Source: Oscillospiraceae bacterium (GTDB lineage: Bacteria > Bacillota > Clostridia > Oscillospirales > Oscillospiraceae). Taken from it: 58,036 nucleotides of DNA. The DNA lies in the NCBI GenBank assembly GCA_045602885.1, contig JAZSCJ010000022.1, positions 1 to 58,036 on the forward strand, written 5' to 3'. Positions 1 through 8,353 of this stretch are shown here, piece by piece; within the stretch, counting starts at the first letter, position 1, and the number at the start of each line of letters is the position of its first letter. A model generated the notes under the pieces. It worked only from the letters and a program-made list of their open reading frames with translations, did no database searches and had not been told where the DNA came from. Made by a program: the position numbers and the translations under genes.

Positions 1-122
1 TGAACGGTGTGGTCAAGCGCTCCCCCCATCGCAGCCGTCCCACCGAATCCGGCAAGCCCCCGAAACACAAACAAAAGCGCGGCTTCCGCCCGCCCAAGCG
101 CGGAAAAGGCAAGCGGCGATAA
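1..122 (+). CDS. 3-prime fragment of a second RNase R-like gene (basic C-terminal tail), truncated by the window edge
   Basis: Frame 3 reads NGVVKRSPHRSRPTESGKPPKHKQKRGFRPPKRGKGKRR* with the stop at 120-122. It differs at 11 of 117 nt from the reverse complement of 162-278, the C-terminus of the convergent rnr. Confidence 0.55.
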   Translation, partial: NGVVKRSPHRSRPTESGKPPKHKQKRGFRPPKRGKGKRR

Positions 123-160
123 AAAGGGCCGGCCCACCAAATGGTGGGCCGACTTTTTTT
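121..160. terminator. Bidirectional rho-independent terminator shared by two convergent rnr-like genes
   Basis: aaaaaGGGCCGGCCCACCaaatGGTGGGCCGACttttttt: a GC-rich hairpin flanked by an A-run and a T-run, centred at 140/141. Confidence 0.8.
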
Positions 161-2186
161 ATCGCCGCTTTCCCTTTCCGCGCTTGGGTGGATGGAAGCT
201 GCGCTTTTGTTTGTGTTTCGGGGGCTTGCTGTATTCGGTGGGACGGCTGCGCTGAGGGGAGCGCTTGACCATACCGTTTAGACGAAAGGCGATTTGCCCG
301 CTGCCCGGGTCGGCCGAAACGCAGACCACCTCCAGCGGCATACCGAAGGAGTAGACCACCCCGGTGCGCCGTCCGGTCAGCGTCATGCGTGCCTCGTCAT
401 GGACATAGTCGTCATCGGGCAGATCCTCCGCCGGAACTACTCCCTCCACACCAAAGGGAAGCGTGACAAATATGCTAAATCGTGTCACGCCGGATACCGT
501 GCCTTGAAAGACCTCACCTACATGGGAGAGCATAAACTCGGCCATATAGAATTTCTCGATCTCCCGTTCGGCGTTCTGCGCGGCCAGCTCCCGCTGGGAG
601 GACTGCACCGCCGCCTGCTGGGCGGCGGCAGCCAGCTTCTTTTCGACGGGACCGTGCAAGGTTTCTCCCAGCAGCGCCGTCAGAATACGATGCACCATCA
701 AATCGGGATACCGGCGGATGGGTGAGGTAAAGTGACAGTAATAGGAGGCGGCCAGTCCGAAGTGCCCCAAATTCTCGGCATCGTACCGGGCCTTCATCAG
801 CGAGCGCAGCAGGATGGCGTTGATGATGGGCGCCTCCGGCTTATCCTTGACACTGTCCAGTACCTTTTGCAGCGTGAAATGGTCGGCCTGCCGTACATCC
901 AGACCAAAGGGGGCCAGCATGGTGCGCAGTCGCTCGGCCTTATCGCCGGTGGGCTTTTCGTGGATGCGATATACCGCAGGCTTGCCCAGCTCATGCAGAT
1001 GCCGGGCCACCGTTTCGTTGGCGCACAGCATGAATTCCTCGATCAGCGATTCGGAACGTCCCGGCTGCCGCAAGTGCATCCCCACCGGGCTGCCCTGCGC
1101 GTCACAGAGAATGACCGCTTCGCTGCTCTGCAAGGTCAAGCTACCTCGTAACCGGCGCTTGCGCTCCAGCTTGGCGGCCAGCGTGGCCATGTCATTGAGC
1201 ATGGGAAGAATGTGTTCATATTGCTGTGCCAGTTCGGGATTTGCCTTGTCCAACAAGGCATTACAATCATCATAGGTCATGCGCTGCGTGGAACGAATGA
1301 TGCTTTTGGCGATCTGGTGGGATACCACTTCGCCCTCGTCGGTCAAGGTCATTATACAGGACAGCGTCAGCCGATCTACCCCGGGATGCAGCGAGCAGAT
1401 CCCGTTGGACAGGGCAGGGGGGAGCATGGGGATGACCCGGTCAGCGAAGTAAACCGACGTGCCGCGCTCCCATGCCTCTCGATCCAGCGGCGAGTCCGCC
1501 GGGACATAGTGACTGACATCGGCAATGTGTACCCCCAGCACCCAGCGGTGCTGCTCGTCCCGTGTTAAGGAAACGGCATCATCCAGATCTTTGGCCGATG
1601 CGCCGTCAATGGTTATAATAAGCTGCTCACGCAGATCAAGCCGCCCGGCCAGAGCGCAGGCAGGCACCTCTTGCGGAGTTTGCTCGGCCTGCTTTTCCAC
1701 ATCGTAGGGAAAGATCGGGTCAATGTCGTATTGATACAGGGTGGCGTCCACGGCAGCCTGACGGCTCCCGGCACGGCCAAAGGTCTCCACCAGTCGGCCC
1801 GTGGGCACATCGCCCCGCCCACCAAAACTGATGATTTCCACGGCCGCTTTCTCGCCGCTTGCCATTCGATGCGCTTTGCCCAATACCCGAATCCCTTCGG
1901 GCAGCTTGCGGTTGTCGGGAACCAGCCAGACATCCCGGCCCTGCTTTTGAATGACGCCCACAACGGTGCGGTTGACCCGCTCCACAATGGACTTCACCGT
2001 GCCTACCTTGCGGTGGCCGTCGGCATCCTGCTCCGGTGTGGGGTGCAGAATTACCCGGTCTCCATCCCACGCTCCGCCCTCTCGGCGTGGCGGAACAAAG
2101 TAATCCTCACCGCCGCCCTCCGGCGTAAAAAAGCCATATCCTCGCCCCGAGCCTTGGAAAATTCCATGCAGTTGTTCTTGACTCAT
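159..2186 (-). CDS. rnr: Ribonuclease R (RNB-family 3-prime to 5-prime exoribonuclease with S1 domain and Lys/Arg-rich tail)
   Basis: 675-aa ORF. It has an N-terminal cold-shock-like HGIFQGSGRGYGFF segment, an RNB core (IDGASAKDLDDAVS, HFGLAASYYCHFTSPIRRYPDL), a C-terminal S1-like region and a basic tail. Confidence 0.93.
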   Translation of the reverse strand: MSQEQLHGIFQGSGRGYGFFTPEGGGEDYFVPPRREGGAWDGDRVILHPTPEQDADGHRKVGTVKSIVERVNRTVVGVIQKQGRDVWLVPDNRKLPEGIRVLGKAHRMASGEKAAVEIISFGGRGDVPTGRLVETFGRAGSRQAAVDATLYQYDIDPIFPYDVEKQAEQTPQEVPACALAGRLDLREQLIITIDGASAKDLDDAVSLTRDEQHRWVLGVHIADVSHYVPADSPLDREAWERGTSVYFADRVIPMLPPALSNGICSLHPGVDRLTLSCIMTLTDEGEVVSHQIAKSIIRSTQRMTYDDCNALLDKANPELAQQYEHILPMLNDMATLAAKLERKRRLRGSLTLQSSEAVILCDAQGSPVGMHLRQPGRSESLIEEFMLCANETVARHLHELGKPAVYRIHEKPTGDKAERLRTMLAPFGLDVRQADHFTLQKVLDSVKDKPEAPIINAILLRSLMKARYDAENLGHFGLAASYYCHFTSPIRRYPDLMVHRILTALLGETLHGPVEKKLAAAAQQAAVQSSQRELAAQNAEREIEKFYMAEFMLSHVGEVFQGTVSGVTRFSIFVTLPFGVEGVVPAEDLPDDDYVHDEARMTLTGRRTGVVYSFGMPLEVVCVSADPGSGQIAFRLNGMVKRSPQRSRPTEYSKPPKHKQKRSFHPPKRGKGKRR

Positions 2187-2319
2187 AAGCGTTCTCCTTT
2201 GCGTTGTGCTACCGATAGTATGTGCATCATACTACCATTGTACCATACAATTACGGATGCCGTAAATGCCGCGGTTTTGGGGCATACTATGCCTATCGAC
2301 CGAAAGGAGTTGTATTACT

Positions 2320-2754
2320 TTGATAGAAGCGGATACCATAAAACTGCTGCGCGAATGCGATGCCGGGATCAAGATGGGCGTGACCAGCATTGACGATGTT
2401 CTGGACCATGTGCACAGCGAAACCTTCCAGAATCTTTTGACCAAGTGCAAGAAAGAACATGAATCGTTACAGCTTGAGGTGCAAGGCCTTTTGCAGCAAT
2501 ATCAGGACGATGGGAAGGACCCCAATCCCATGGCCAAAAGTATGTCCTGGATGAAAACCAACCTCAAGCTGGGCATGGACGAATCGGATCAAACGGTTGC
2601 CGATCTCATGACCGACGGCTGCAACATGGGGGTCAAATCGCTCAACCGATACCTGAACCAGTATGCCGCAGCCAGCGAGGTGTCCAAGGATATCACCAAG
2701 CGGCTGATCCATTTGGAAGCGCAGCTTGCGGTGGATATTCGGCCCTTCCTATAA
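2320..2754 (+). CDS. Hypothetical small helical protein, about 144 aa
   Basis: In-frame TTG at 2320 lies 10 nt after AAGGAG (2304-2309). The track ORF starts further upstream at 2266. A terminator follows. No recognisable catalytic motif. Confidence 0.55.
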   Translation: MIEADTIKLLRECDAGIKMGVTSIDDVLDHVHSETFQNLLTKCKKEHESLQLEVQGLLQQYQDDGKDPNPMAKSMSWMKTNLKLGMDESDQTVADLMTDGCNMGVKSLNRYLNQYAAASEVSKDITKRLIHLEAQLAVDIRPFL

Positions 2755-2779
2755 CGGAAATGCCTACGGGATAAATAGT

Positions 2780-2829
2780 AAGGCAGATCGGTCAAATCCC
2801 TTGTGGACAACCGATCTGCCTTAATTTTT
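2780..2829 (+). terminator. Rho-independent terminator after the small helical protein gene
   Basis: AAGGCAGATCGG, an 18-nt loop, CCGATCTGCCTT, then aattttt. Confidence 0.6.
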
Positions 2830-2845
2830 GGATGATTGAATGGAC

Positions 2846-3415
2846 TTAGAGTACCAGCTTTTCTAAGCCCTCCCACGTTAGTTCAACGGCCTCCAGCTCA
2901 CGCCAGGAGGAAAACTTGCTCTCCAGAATGAGCCAGGTGATGTACCAATATACATACTCGATCTGCAGATGGCAGGGAATGATCTGCTCGATGATTTTGC
3001 TCATGGCTGCAAAGCCGTCGGGGATGCCGGGCACCTCGGGGAAGCGCACTTCCACGATATCAGGGCGGTCAGTCTCGCTGGCGATGGCATTCAATCCGCA
3101 CCCGGCCAGATTGTCGTTGATGGCGGCTATGGTAAAGCTGTCGCCGCCGATGCGCAGCAGGGCGGCCAGAGCGGCTTGACGGCGTGTCGTGCTGGTGGTT
3201 ACCGGTCGCAGGGAGAGCAGGGAGGCCACTTGATCCAGCCCCTCCTCCTGGGCCGTCAAAACCAGCATCTCCCGGCAAAGCCGATCCAACTGCTCCATGC
3301 AGTCGTCCAGCGCAGCGCCGATGCTGTCCAGCTCCTGTGCGTTGAATGTGCCTGCGTCCAAATTATATACGCCCAACGGGCGCAGAAACTCTTTCAGATA
3401 TTCGGCGCAGCTCAA
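2846..3415 (-). CDS. Baseplate/tail protein, XkdU-like (DUF2313-like)
   Basis: 189 aa, last gene after the baseplate J-like gene as in PBSX. ATGA overlap with the upstream gene at 3412-3415. Confidence 0.7.
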   Translation of the reverse strand: MSCAEYLKEFLRPLGVYNLDAGTFNAQELDSIGAALDDCMEQLDRLCREMLVLTAQEEGLDQVASLLSLRPVTTSTTRRQAALAALLRIGGDSFTIAAINDNLAGCGLNAIASETDRPDIVEVRFPEVPGIPDGFAAMSKIIEQIIPCHLQIEYVYWYITWLILESKFSSWRELEAVELTWEGLEKLVL

Positions 3416-4464
3416 AGGGTGTTCACCGCCAATTCACCCAAAACGGGAAGCTCGCCCTGCACGGGTGCAATGTCATGGGCTGGGGCAAGTACTTGATAAT
3501 TTTCCACGCCCTCAATGCCGAAAATCACGTGCCCCAGCTGGGCGCGCAAAAGCCCCCGGCTGAGCAGTCGGCCATCAAAATAACCGCGCAGTGCTTGTTC
3601 CACCGCGGCCGTCACCGTGGTCGGTTCATATCCGTCGGCCGCCGCGATGGCCACCGAAACCGTTACGGGTTCCGTTGTCGGCGCCAGCACGCCCACATCC
3701 ACCGCGATCTCCCGGCGTTGTTCAAAATAGTCCCTTATCTGCTCCAGCAATTCCTCGTCCGGGATGCCGCTGTGAGAGGCGACCACTACATCCACCGTGC
3801 CGATGCCGCGCTGGCGGGGCAGCACGGTGGCGGCGGCCACTTGTTCAAAGGACAGCGCACCCTGCTGATAGAACGCAGCATTGGCGCCGTTGGGCAAGCG
3901 CTTGTAGCTGTCCAGAATACGCTTACGCAAACTCTCGTCATCTTCGGCATCCACGCCGCCGGAAAAGGCATCGGGATTGGTGCACGCGGCCACGCCAATG
4001 GGTGCCACCGTCATGATGGTCACCGTGCCGGCGGGCACGTTACCCGCCGTGCCCGGCTCCCATGCCCGCGTGGGTACGTGGACCGAAAGAGTACCGGCAC
4101 GCAGCGTGCCTGCCTCCACCGTTTCAAAACGCACCATCCCGGCCGTCATGCAGATGGTTCCTGCCGGGATAGTCAGATCCTGCTCAGCGGCACGGTTCAC
4201 CGAAAAGCACAGTACGCCCTCGGCCTTTGTGGGGGCACGCCGCTGCAGGGCACGCATCTGAGCGTGCAAATCCAAATGTTCACCCTCGGCCGTGTGGGGA
4301 AAGCATTGGCGCCGGGTCCAGTCGGCCTGCAGCAACAGGGAGTGGATCTGGGCGGCCACCGCGTACAGCCGCAGTGCCAGATCACCGGCCTCTGCCGGTT
4401 CCACGCCACCGCGTGCGGCGAAACTGGCCAGCATCTCCTGGTAAATTTCTTCGATCGATTTCAT
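3412..4464 (-). CDS. Baseplate J-like protein (XkdT-like)
   Basis: 350 aa. The N-terminus MKSIEEIYQEMLASF...LALRLYAVAAQ is typical of the baseplate J/gp47 family, and the gene sits in the matching position. Confidence 0.85.
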   Translation of the reverse strand: MKSIEEIYQEMLASFAARGGVEPAEAGDLALRLYAVAAQIHSLLLQADWTRRQCFPHTAEGEHLDLHAQMRALQRRAPTKAEGVLCFSVNRAAEQDLTIPAGTICMTAGMVRFETVEAGTLRAGTLSVHVPTRAWEPGTAGNVPAGTVTIMTVAPIGVAACTNPDAFSGGVDAEDDESLRKRILDSYKRLPNGANAAFYQQGALSFEQVAAATVLPRQRGIGTVDVVVASHSGIPDEELLEQIRDYFEQRREIAVDVGVLAPTTEPVTVSVAIAAADGYEPTTVTAAVEQALRGYFDGRLLSRGLLRAQLGHVIFGIEGVENYQVLAPAHDIAPVQGELPVLGELAVNTL

Positions 4465-4467
4465 GGT

Positions 4468-4818
4468 TTATACCTCCACGGTCAGAGTTAGAGGCTCTCC
4501 CCTCCAAGTCAGAGATACGGTCAGATTACCTCGGTCATCTGCGGTCTGTTCCAGCGTTACCCCGGTGACCGACAGCTCCGACTCTTCGGCCAACGCTTCG
4601 GAAACATAGGCTCGGGCCAACGCCTCGCGCTGGCTGGGTTTGGAGCGAAACAGAAGATGCAGCCGGCTGCCAAACTTGGGCAAAAAAGGACAGCCGCCCC
4701 GTCGGGCGCTCAAACGCAACAGTATGCGCTGTAAAAGTTCCTCTTGAGCCGTGGCACGGCAAAAGCCACCCTTGCCGTCGGGTACATAGTCGCCATTGCG
4801 TAAAAGCAATTGACTCAT
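4468..4818 (-). CDS. Baseplate wedge protein, gp25/GPW-like (XkdS position)
   Basis: 116 aa. The GGCPFLPKFGSRL motif resembles the gp25-like fold signature, and the gene is syntenic. Confidence 0.65.
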   Translation of the reverse strand: MSQLLLRNGDYVPDGKGGFCRATAQEELLQRILLRLSARRGGCPFLPKFGSRLHLLFRSKPSQREALARAYVSEALAEESELSVTGVTLEQTADDRGNLTVSLTWRGEPLTLTVEV

Positions 4819-4819
4819 A

Positions 4820-5245
4820 TCAGCGCGTCATACCTCCTTCGTCATCCGGTTCGCCCAATATCGACTGTACGATCTGTCGAATGAGCTCGGTTAATTGTAA
4901 TCCGTTGATAATCAACGAACCTCGTAATTCCAGCCTGCCGTTTTGGGTCAGATGTATCTGCACTCTTTGGTCTGCGCTGGACAGGCGTACCTCACCCGGC
5001 TGCGGGGTGTCTTTCTGCCGCGCGCCAACGGTACAGGGCGACTCTCCATCCGCACCGGCCTTGAGCACCAGAACCTCCTGCCCCGGTGCAGGGGCCCATT
5101 GATATCCGCCGGGGCTGTACACCGAAACGCTTCGGCGCTCCCCGGACAGATAGACGCCGGCCGGATCACCGCTCAGCGTGACCGGCCCGGTTTCCACGGT
5201 ATTTTCACGCCGGGTCAGATCCCGGCGCTGTTGCGATAACCACAT
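4820..5245 (-). CDS. Baseplate spike/assembly protein V-like small OB-fold protein (XkdR position)
   Basis: 141 aa. GGYQWAPAPGQEVLVLKAG resembles the gpV/Mu gp45 N-terminal domain, and the gene is syntenic. Confidence 0.55.
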   Translation of the reverse strand: MWLSQQRRDLTRRENTVETGPVTLSGDPAGVYLSGERRSVSVYSPGGYQWAPAPGQEVLVLKAGADGESPCTVGARQKDTPQPGEVRLSSADQRVQIHLTQNGRLELRGSLIINGLQLTELIRQIVQSILGEPDDEGGMTR

Positions 5246-5255
5246 AATCTTCCTC

Positions 5256-6206
5256 CTAACCGACCGCTTCGGGCAGGGCCAGCAGCAAGGTGGTGTAAGC
5301 GCCGTCGGCTCGTTCCCCAGTCATGGCCTGTGCCACCCGATACAGCCCATTGCAGCCCCACCCGGTGCGCTTGACTTGCACCAGCTCTCCCGGAAAGGCA
5401 AACAACGCCGTGGGGAGTGTCACCTCCAACTGGTAACGATCCGCCCGGGATCGTTCCAGCTGATACTGCCCCTGATAACGCATGGCCTGATAACTGCTTC
5501 TGCCCGGCATAGTGTGCCAGCGGCGGCATTGGCCGCCTTGCGCGATAAAGTCGGCATCCTCCACCGATGCTACCGTCTGGCGTGCTTTGTCACGCACCAT
5601 AACGTGGGAAAGCACTCCGTAGCGTTTTTCTCTCCAACGCATAGCAACCACGGCTGCGGTGTCATCCAGCACGACGGCTGTGCCGTCCTGCCACGGCCCG
5701 ACAAGCAGCCGCCCCATCCGATCAAATCGAGGCACCGTTGCGCCCCAGTACCGGGCGAACTGGTAAACTGCCTGCCACTCGCTGCTGCCGTAAGCCACGG
5801 AAAACCCCTGGGCCGGCGGTGGGGGTGTGCCCACCGCCTCAATGCCGTAGGGGGTCACATGACGACGCAGAATATCTGCCCAGGTCGCCACACCGTAATC
5901 GACCGGCTCGGCTTCATTGTCCAGCAGCAGCGCCGCCATCCCCCGGCCGATCAATGTAACACGCCGTCCGTTGCTGTCTTCCTGAAGGGAAAACTCGTCT
6001 ACCACCCCGCTGAAAACCCGTTTCCCATCCTCCTCGGCCCAAAAGCGCACCGCCGCCGACAGCACGGCCAGCTCCTCCTGATCCCAGAGAAACTGGATCT
6101 GAAAGCTGTCGCAAGGGGAGGAGGTGCCATATTCAAAGCACCATTCCAATAGGGTCGGCAGCACATGTCGGCTGCCATCGTATGTCACAATGGTTGCTGT
6201 CATCAT
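5256..6206 (-). CDS. Baseplate hub protein, XkdQ / late control D-like
   Basis: 316 aa, between the LysM tail protein and the spike-like protein. ATGA overlap at 6203-6206. Confidence 0.7.
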   Translation of the reverse strand: MMTATIVTYDGSRHVLPTLLEWCFEYGTSSPCDSFQIQFLWDQEELAVLSAAVRFWAEEDGKRVFSGVVDEFSLQEDSNGRRVTLIGRGMAALLLDNEAEPVDYGVATWADILRRHVTPYGIEAVGTPPPPAQGFSVAYGSSEWQAVYQFARYWGATVPRFDRMGRLLVGPWQDGTAVVLDDTAAVVAMRWREKRYGVLSHVMVRDKARQTVASVEDADFIAQGGQCRRWHTMPGRSSYQAMRYQGQYQLERSRADRYQLEVTLPTALFAFPGELVQVKRTGWGCNGLYRVAQAMTGERADGAYTTLLLALPEAVG

Positions 6207-6781
6207 GCCACCCTCACCTGCTGTCCGGGGTAGATCCGATTGGGATTGGCGATCTGGGAATTCAGAGCGATCAGCGCGTCAAATTCCAGCCCATACCGTG
6301 CGGCGATGCCCCACAGCGATTCCCCCTTGACCACCGTGTGATACCGTTTTTCTTCTCCGCCCTGCGCCTCTGTCGCACCCTTGCCAGAGGTAATCCCGGT
6401 TGCGGAAGAAACCGGCTGGGTGGTGTGCCCGGTATAGTCCTCCCAGAACGTAAAAGTATAGCTGACATAGTCTTCTCGTGGCTCCTGCTTCAGAGCCAGG
6501 GACACAAAGTACGCGCTGGTCGTCTGCCATACCGGGTGGACCAGCAGGCCGGGTTCCTCATCGTAAAATACCGTGGCCAGCTTTTTGAAAGCATCGTATG
6601 CGCCGGGGCCGGAAAACTCGCCCTCGCCGCGCATGACGCGGCGGGTCATGCCAAGGTTCTGCAAATGATAGCGGCCAAAGGGCACTTTGTGCACAGCCAT
6701 CTTTCGTTCAAACTCAATGGAATACACTCTGGGATTGTGGGGCCAGGTGTAGTTTTTATAGCGCATGGGTGTCAGCTTCAT
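6203..6781 (-). CDS. LysM-domain tail protein (XkdP-like)
   Basis: 192 aa. C-terminal LysM motif HTVVKGESLWGIAARYGLEFDALIALNSQIANPNRIYPGQQVRV. Confidence 0.8.
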   Translation of the reverse strand: MKLTPMRYKNYTWPHNPRVYSIEFERKMAVHKVPFGRYHLQNLGMTRRVMRGEGEFSGPGAYDAFKKLATVFYDEEPGLLVHPVWQTTSAYFVSLALKQEPREDYVSYTFTFWEDYTGHTTQPVSSATGITSGKGATEAQGGEEKRYHTVVKGESLWGIAARYGLEFDALIALNSQIANPNRIYPGQQVRVA

Positions 6782-6799
6782 GTAACCCCTCCTTCCTGT

Positions 6800-7315
6800 T
6801 TAATACATGGAAAATCCCCCGTCATACCGACGGGCATCCCGGGCGAACAGTTCGTCCAGTCGGGCTGCGTTGGGCACAGCGGAAAGAGTGGGGGCGAGTT
6901 CGGCCGGGGTGGACATTAAATTGCCGTTTTGCTGCAAATTGGCGGCAGCCTGCGCCGCCGATACCGTCTGCCGATACAGTGTCGCCGCCCAGGAATGCAT
7001 CCCGGCACGGCTGAGCTGTTCCGGCTGTAAAAACAACGGGGAAGAAAGCGCTCCTTCTGATTGAAATGCCATGATTGACAACGGGTTTTTCTGTTCTGCC
7101 ATATCGATCTCCGGACGCATTTGCACCCCTTCGCGCTCGCCTGGATCGGCTTGCGCCGCTTGCCTTTCCGGCCTGTGGTACGCCACGGCGATGGGGCGAG
7201 TTTGCCCTGCGACCCGGGAGGCGGCGACGGAAACCGACGCCGCCTCATCGCCCATGGCGTTCTCCTCCGGTGGCACTTCCTGCTGTGCCAGCAGCCATTC
7301 CAAATAGTCGATCAT
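6800..7315 (-). CDS. Protein in the tape-measure position (171 aa); putative very short tape measure
   Basis: The assignment rests on position only: the gene lies immediately downstream of the chaperone frameshift pair (ATGA overlap at 7312-7315) and upstream of the LysM protein. The sequence is Ala/Gln-rich and probably helical. Confidence 0.4.
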   Translation of the reverse strand: MIDYLEWLLAQQEVPPEENAMGDEAASVSVAASRVAGQTRPIAVAYHRPERQAAQADPGEREGVQMRPEIDMAEQKNPLSIMAFQSEGALSSPLFLQPEQLSRAGMHSWAATLYRQTVSAAQAAANLQQNGNLMSTPAELAPTLSAVPNAARLDELFARDARRYDGGFSMY

Positions 7316-7949
7316 ACCGTTTCACCTCGCCGCAGCCGCTCAAACTTTGCCGTGTCAAACCCGGCGTTTTCGCCCCGGTCACTGACCAGGGTGCCGCACA
7401 CCGGGCAGCTGCTTGAGTGTGCCTGCTCCCGGCAGCTGGGGCACAGGGCGTTCAATGCCTGCTCGTCATCCAACAGCAAATTCAGCGCGCACCAAAGGTA
7501 ATCCCGGTCGGTCATCTGTTGGGCGCGTTCTTCGGTCGGAAGCGCGCCAAAGGCCCGGAGCACACGCCAGCGAAGGCGCGCTTGCGGCGTGTGCTCCAAG
7601 CTTTTTTTAGCGCATGCATCCGCTCCTGCTCGTTTTCGCAAGAAGCCTCCTCGCCCCGGTCCAGCGCTGCCCATTGCCGGGCCAGCACGGCAATACGGTC
7701 GGGGGTCAGCGCCTCCAGCACAGCCTGTCCGTTTTCAAAGACAGGCTTGCCGTCCCACTCCAATGCCCGGGCCAATAAACAAGCGTTGGAACACAACGCC
7801 TTTTCCCGGTCACCCTGGGTCAACGTTTCGGCCTCCCGACGGGCCTGCAATACCTCCAACGCGGTCAGAAGACGCAACTCCAGACCGTCCCCGTCGGGCA
7901 CCTTGACTCGTCTGGCTCCCGCCAGAATCGCCATAAGATCTTTCTGCAT
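7312..7949 (-). CDS. Tail assembly chaperone, long (GT-like) form made by -1 programmed frameshift
   Basis: ORF 7312-7674 is in the -1 frame relative to 7512-7949. The junction at cta-aaa-aaa-gct gives ...HALKK|SLEHTPQARL... Confidence 0.6.
7512..7949 (-). CDS. Tail assembly chaperone, short (G-like) form, XkdN position
   Basis: 145-aa ORF directly after the tube gene. It overlaps the -1 frame ORF 7312-7674. Confidence 0.7.
   Translation of the reverse strand: MQKDLMAILAGARRVKVPDGDGLELRLLTALEVLQARREAETLTQGDREKALCSNACLLARALEWDGKPVFENGQAVLEALTPDRIAVLARQWAALDRGEEASCENEQERMHALKKAWSTRRKRAFAGVCSGPLARFRPKNAPNR
7602..7608 (-). promoter_or_regulatory. -1 programmed ribosomal frameshift slippery heptamer A_AAA_AAA
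   Basis: Seven consecutive T on the plus strand (A7 on the coding strand), in X_XXY_YYZ register with the zero frame (ctA AAA AAA gct). Confidence 0.7.
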
Positions 7950-7951
7950 CC

Positions 7952-8341
7952 TTACACCCCGGTTTCAATGCGCCGTGTGGCCACCAGCGTGATCTTCTCG
8001 GCTACCGTGCCGCCCAGCGCGGCGCTTTCGGCGATGGAATTCCATTGACAGCCGGAATAGATGATCTTGCGATCCGGCTTGCAGATGACCAGAGAAAAAT
8101 CGGTCATGGAATAAAAATCGATGCCGTCTTTGAGCGCCTCGTCGGTGGCGTACAAACGAGTCAGCTCGATGACGTGGCGAACCTGACTGGCCGAGGTGGC
8201 CACCGGCTCACTTTCGCCGAAGGCCTCTACCGTCTGACTGGATCGAGTGGTCTTGACCGCGTAGCTTTGCACCACCGCCACCTTTTTGTTGTCCACCATC
8301 AGATAGATATCACTGCTGGTGGGAATGCCTCCAATGCTCAT
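7952..8341 (-). CDS. Tail tube protein (XkdM-like)
   Basis: 129 aa, immediately downstream of the sheath gene, with a typical size and beta-rich sequence. Confidence 0.8.
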   Translation of the reverse strand: MSIGGIPTSSDIYLMVDNKKVAVVQSYAVKTTRSSQTVEAFGESEPVATSASQVRHVIELTRLYATDEALKDGIDFYSMTDFSLVICKPDRKIIYSGCQWNSIAESAALGGTVAEKITLVATRRIETGV

Positions 8342-8353
8342 ACCATGACCTCC

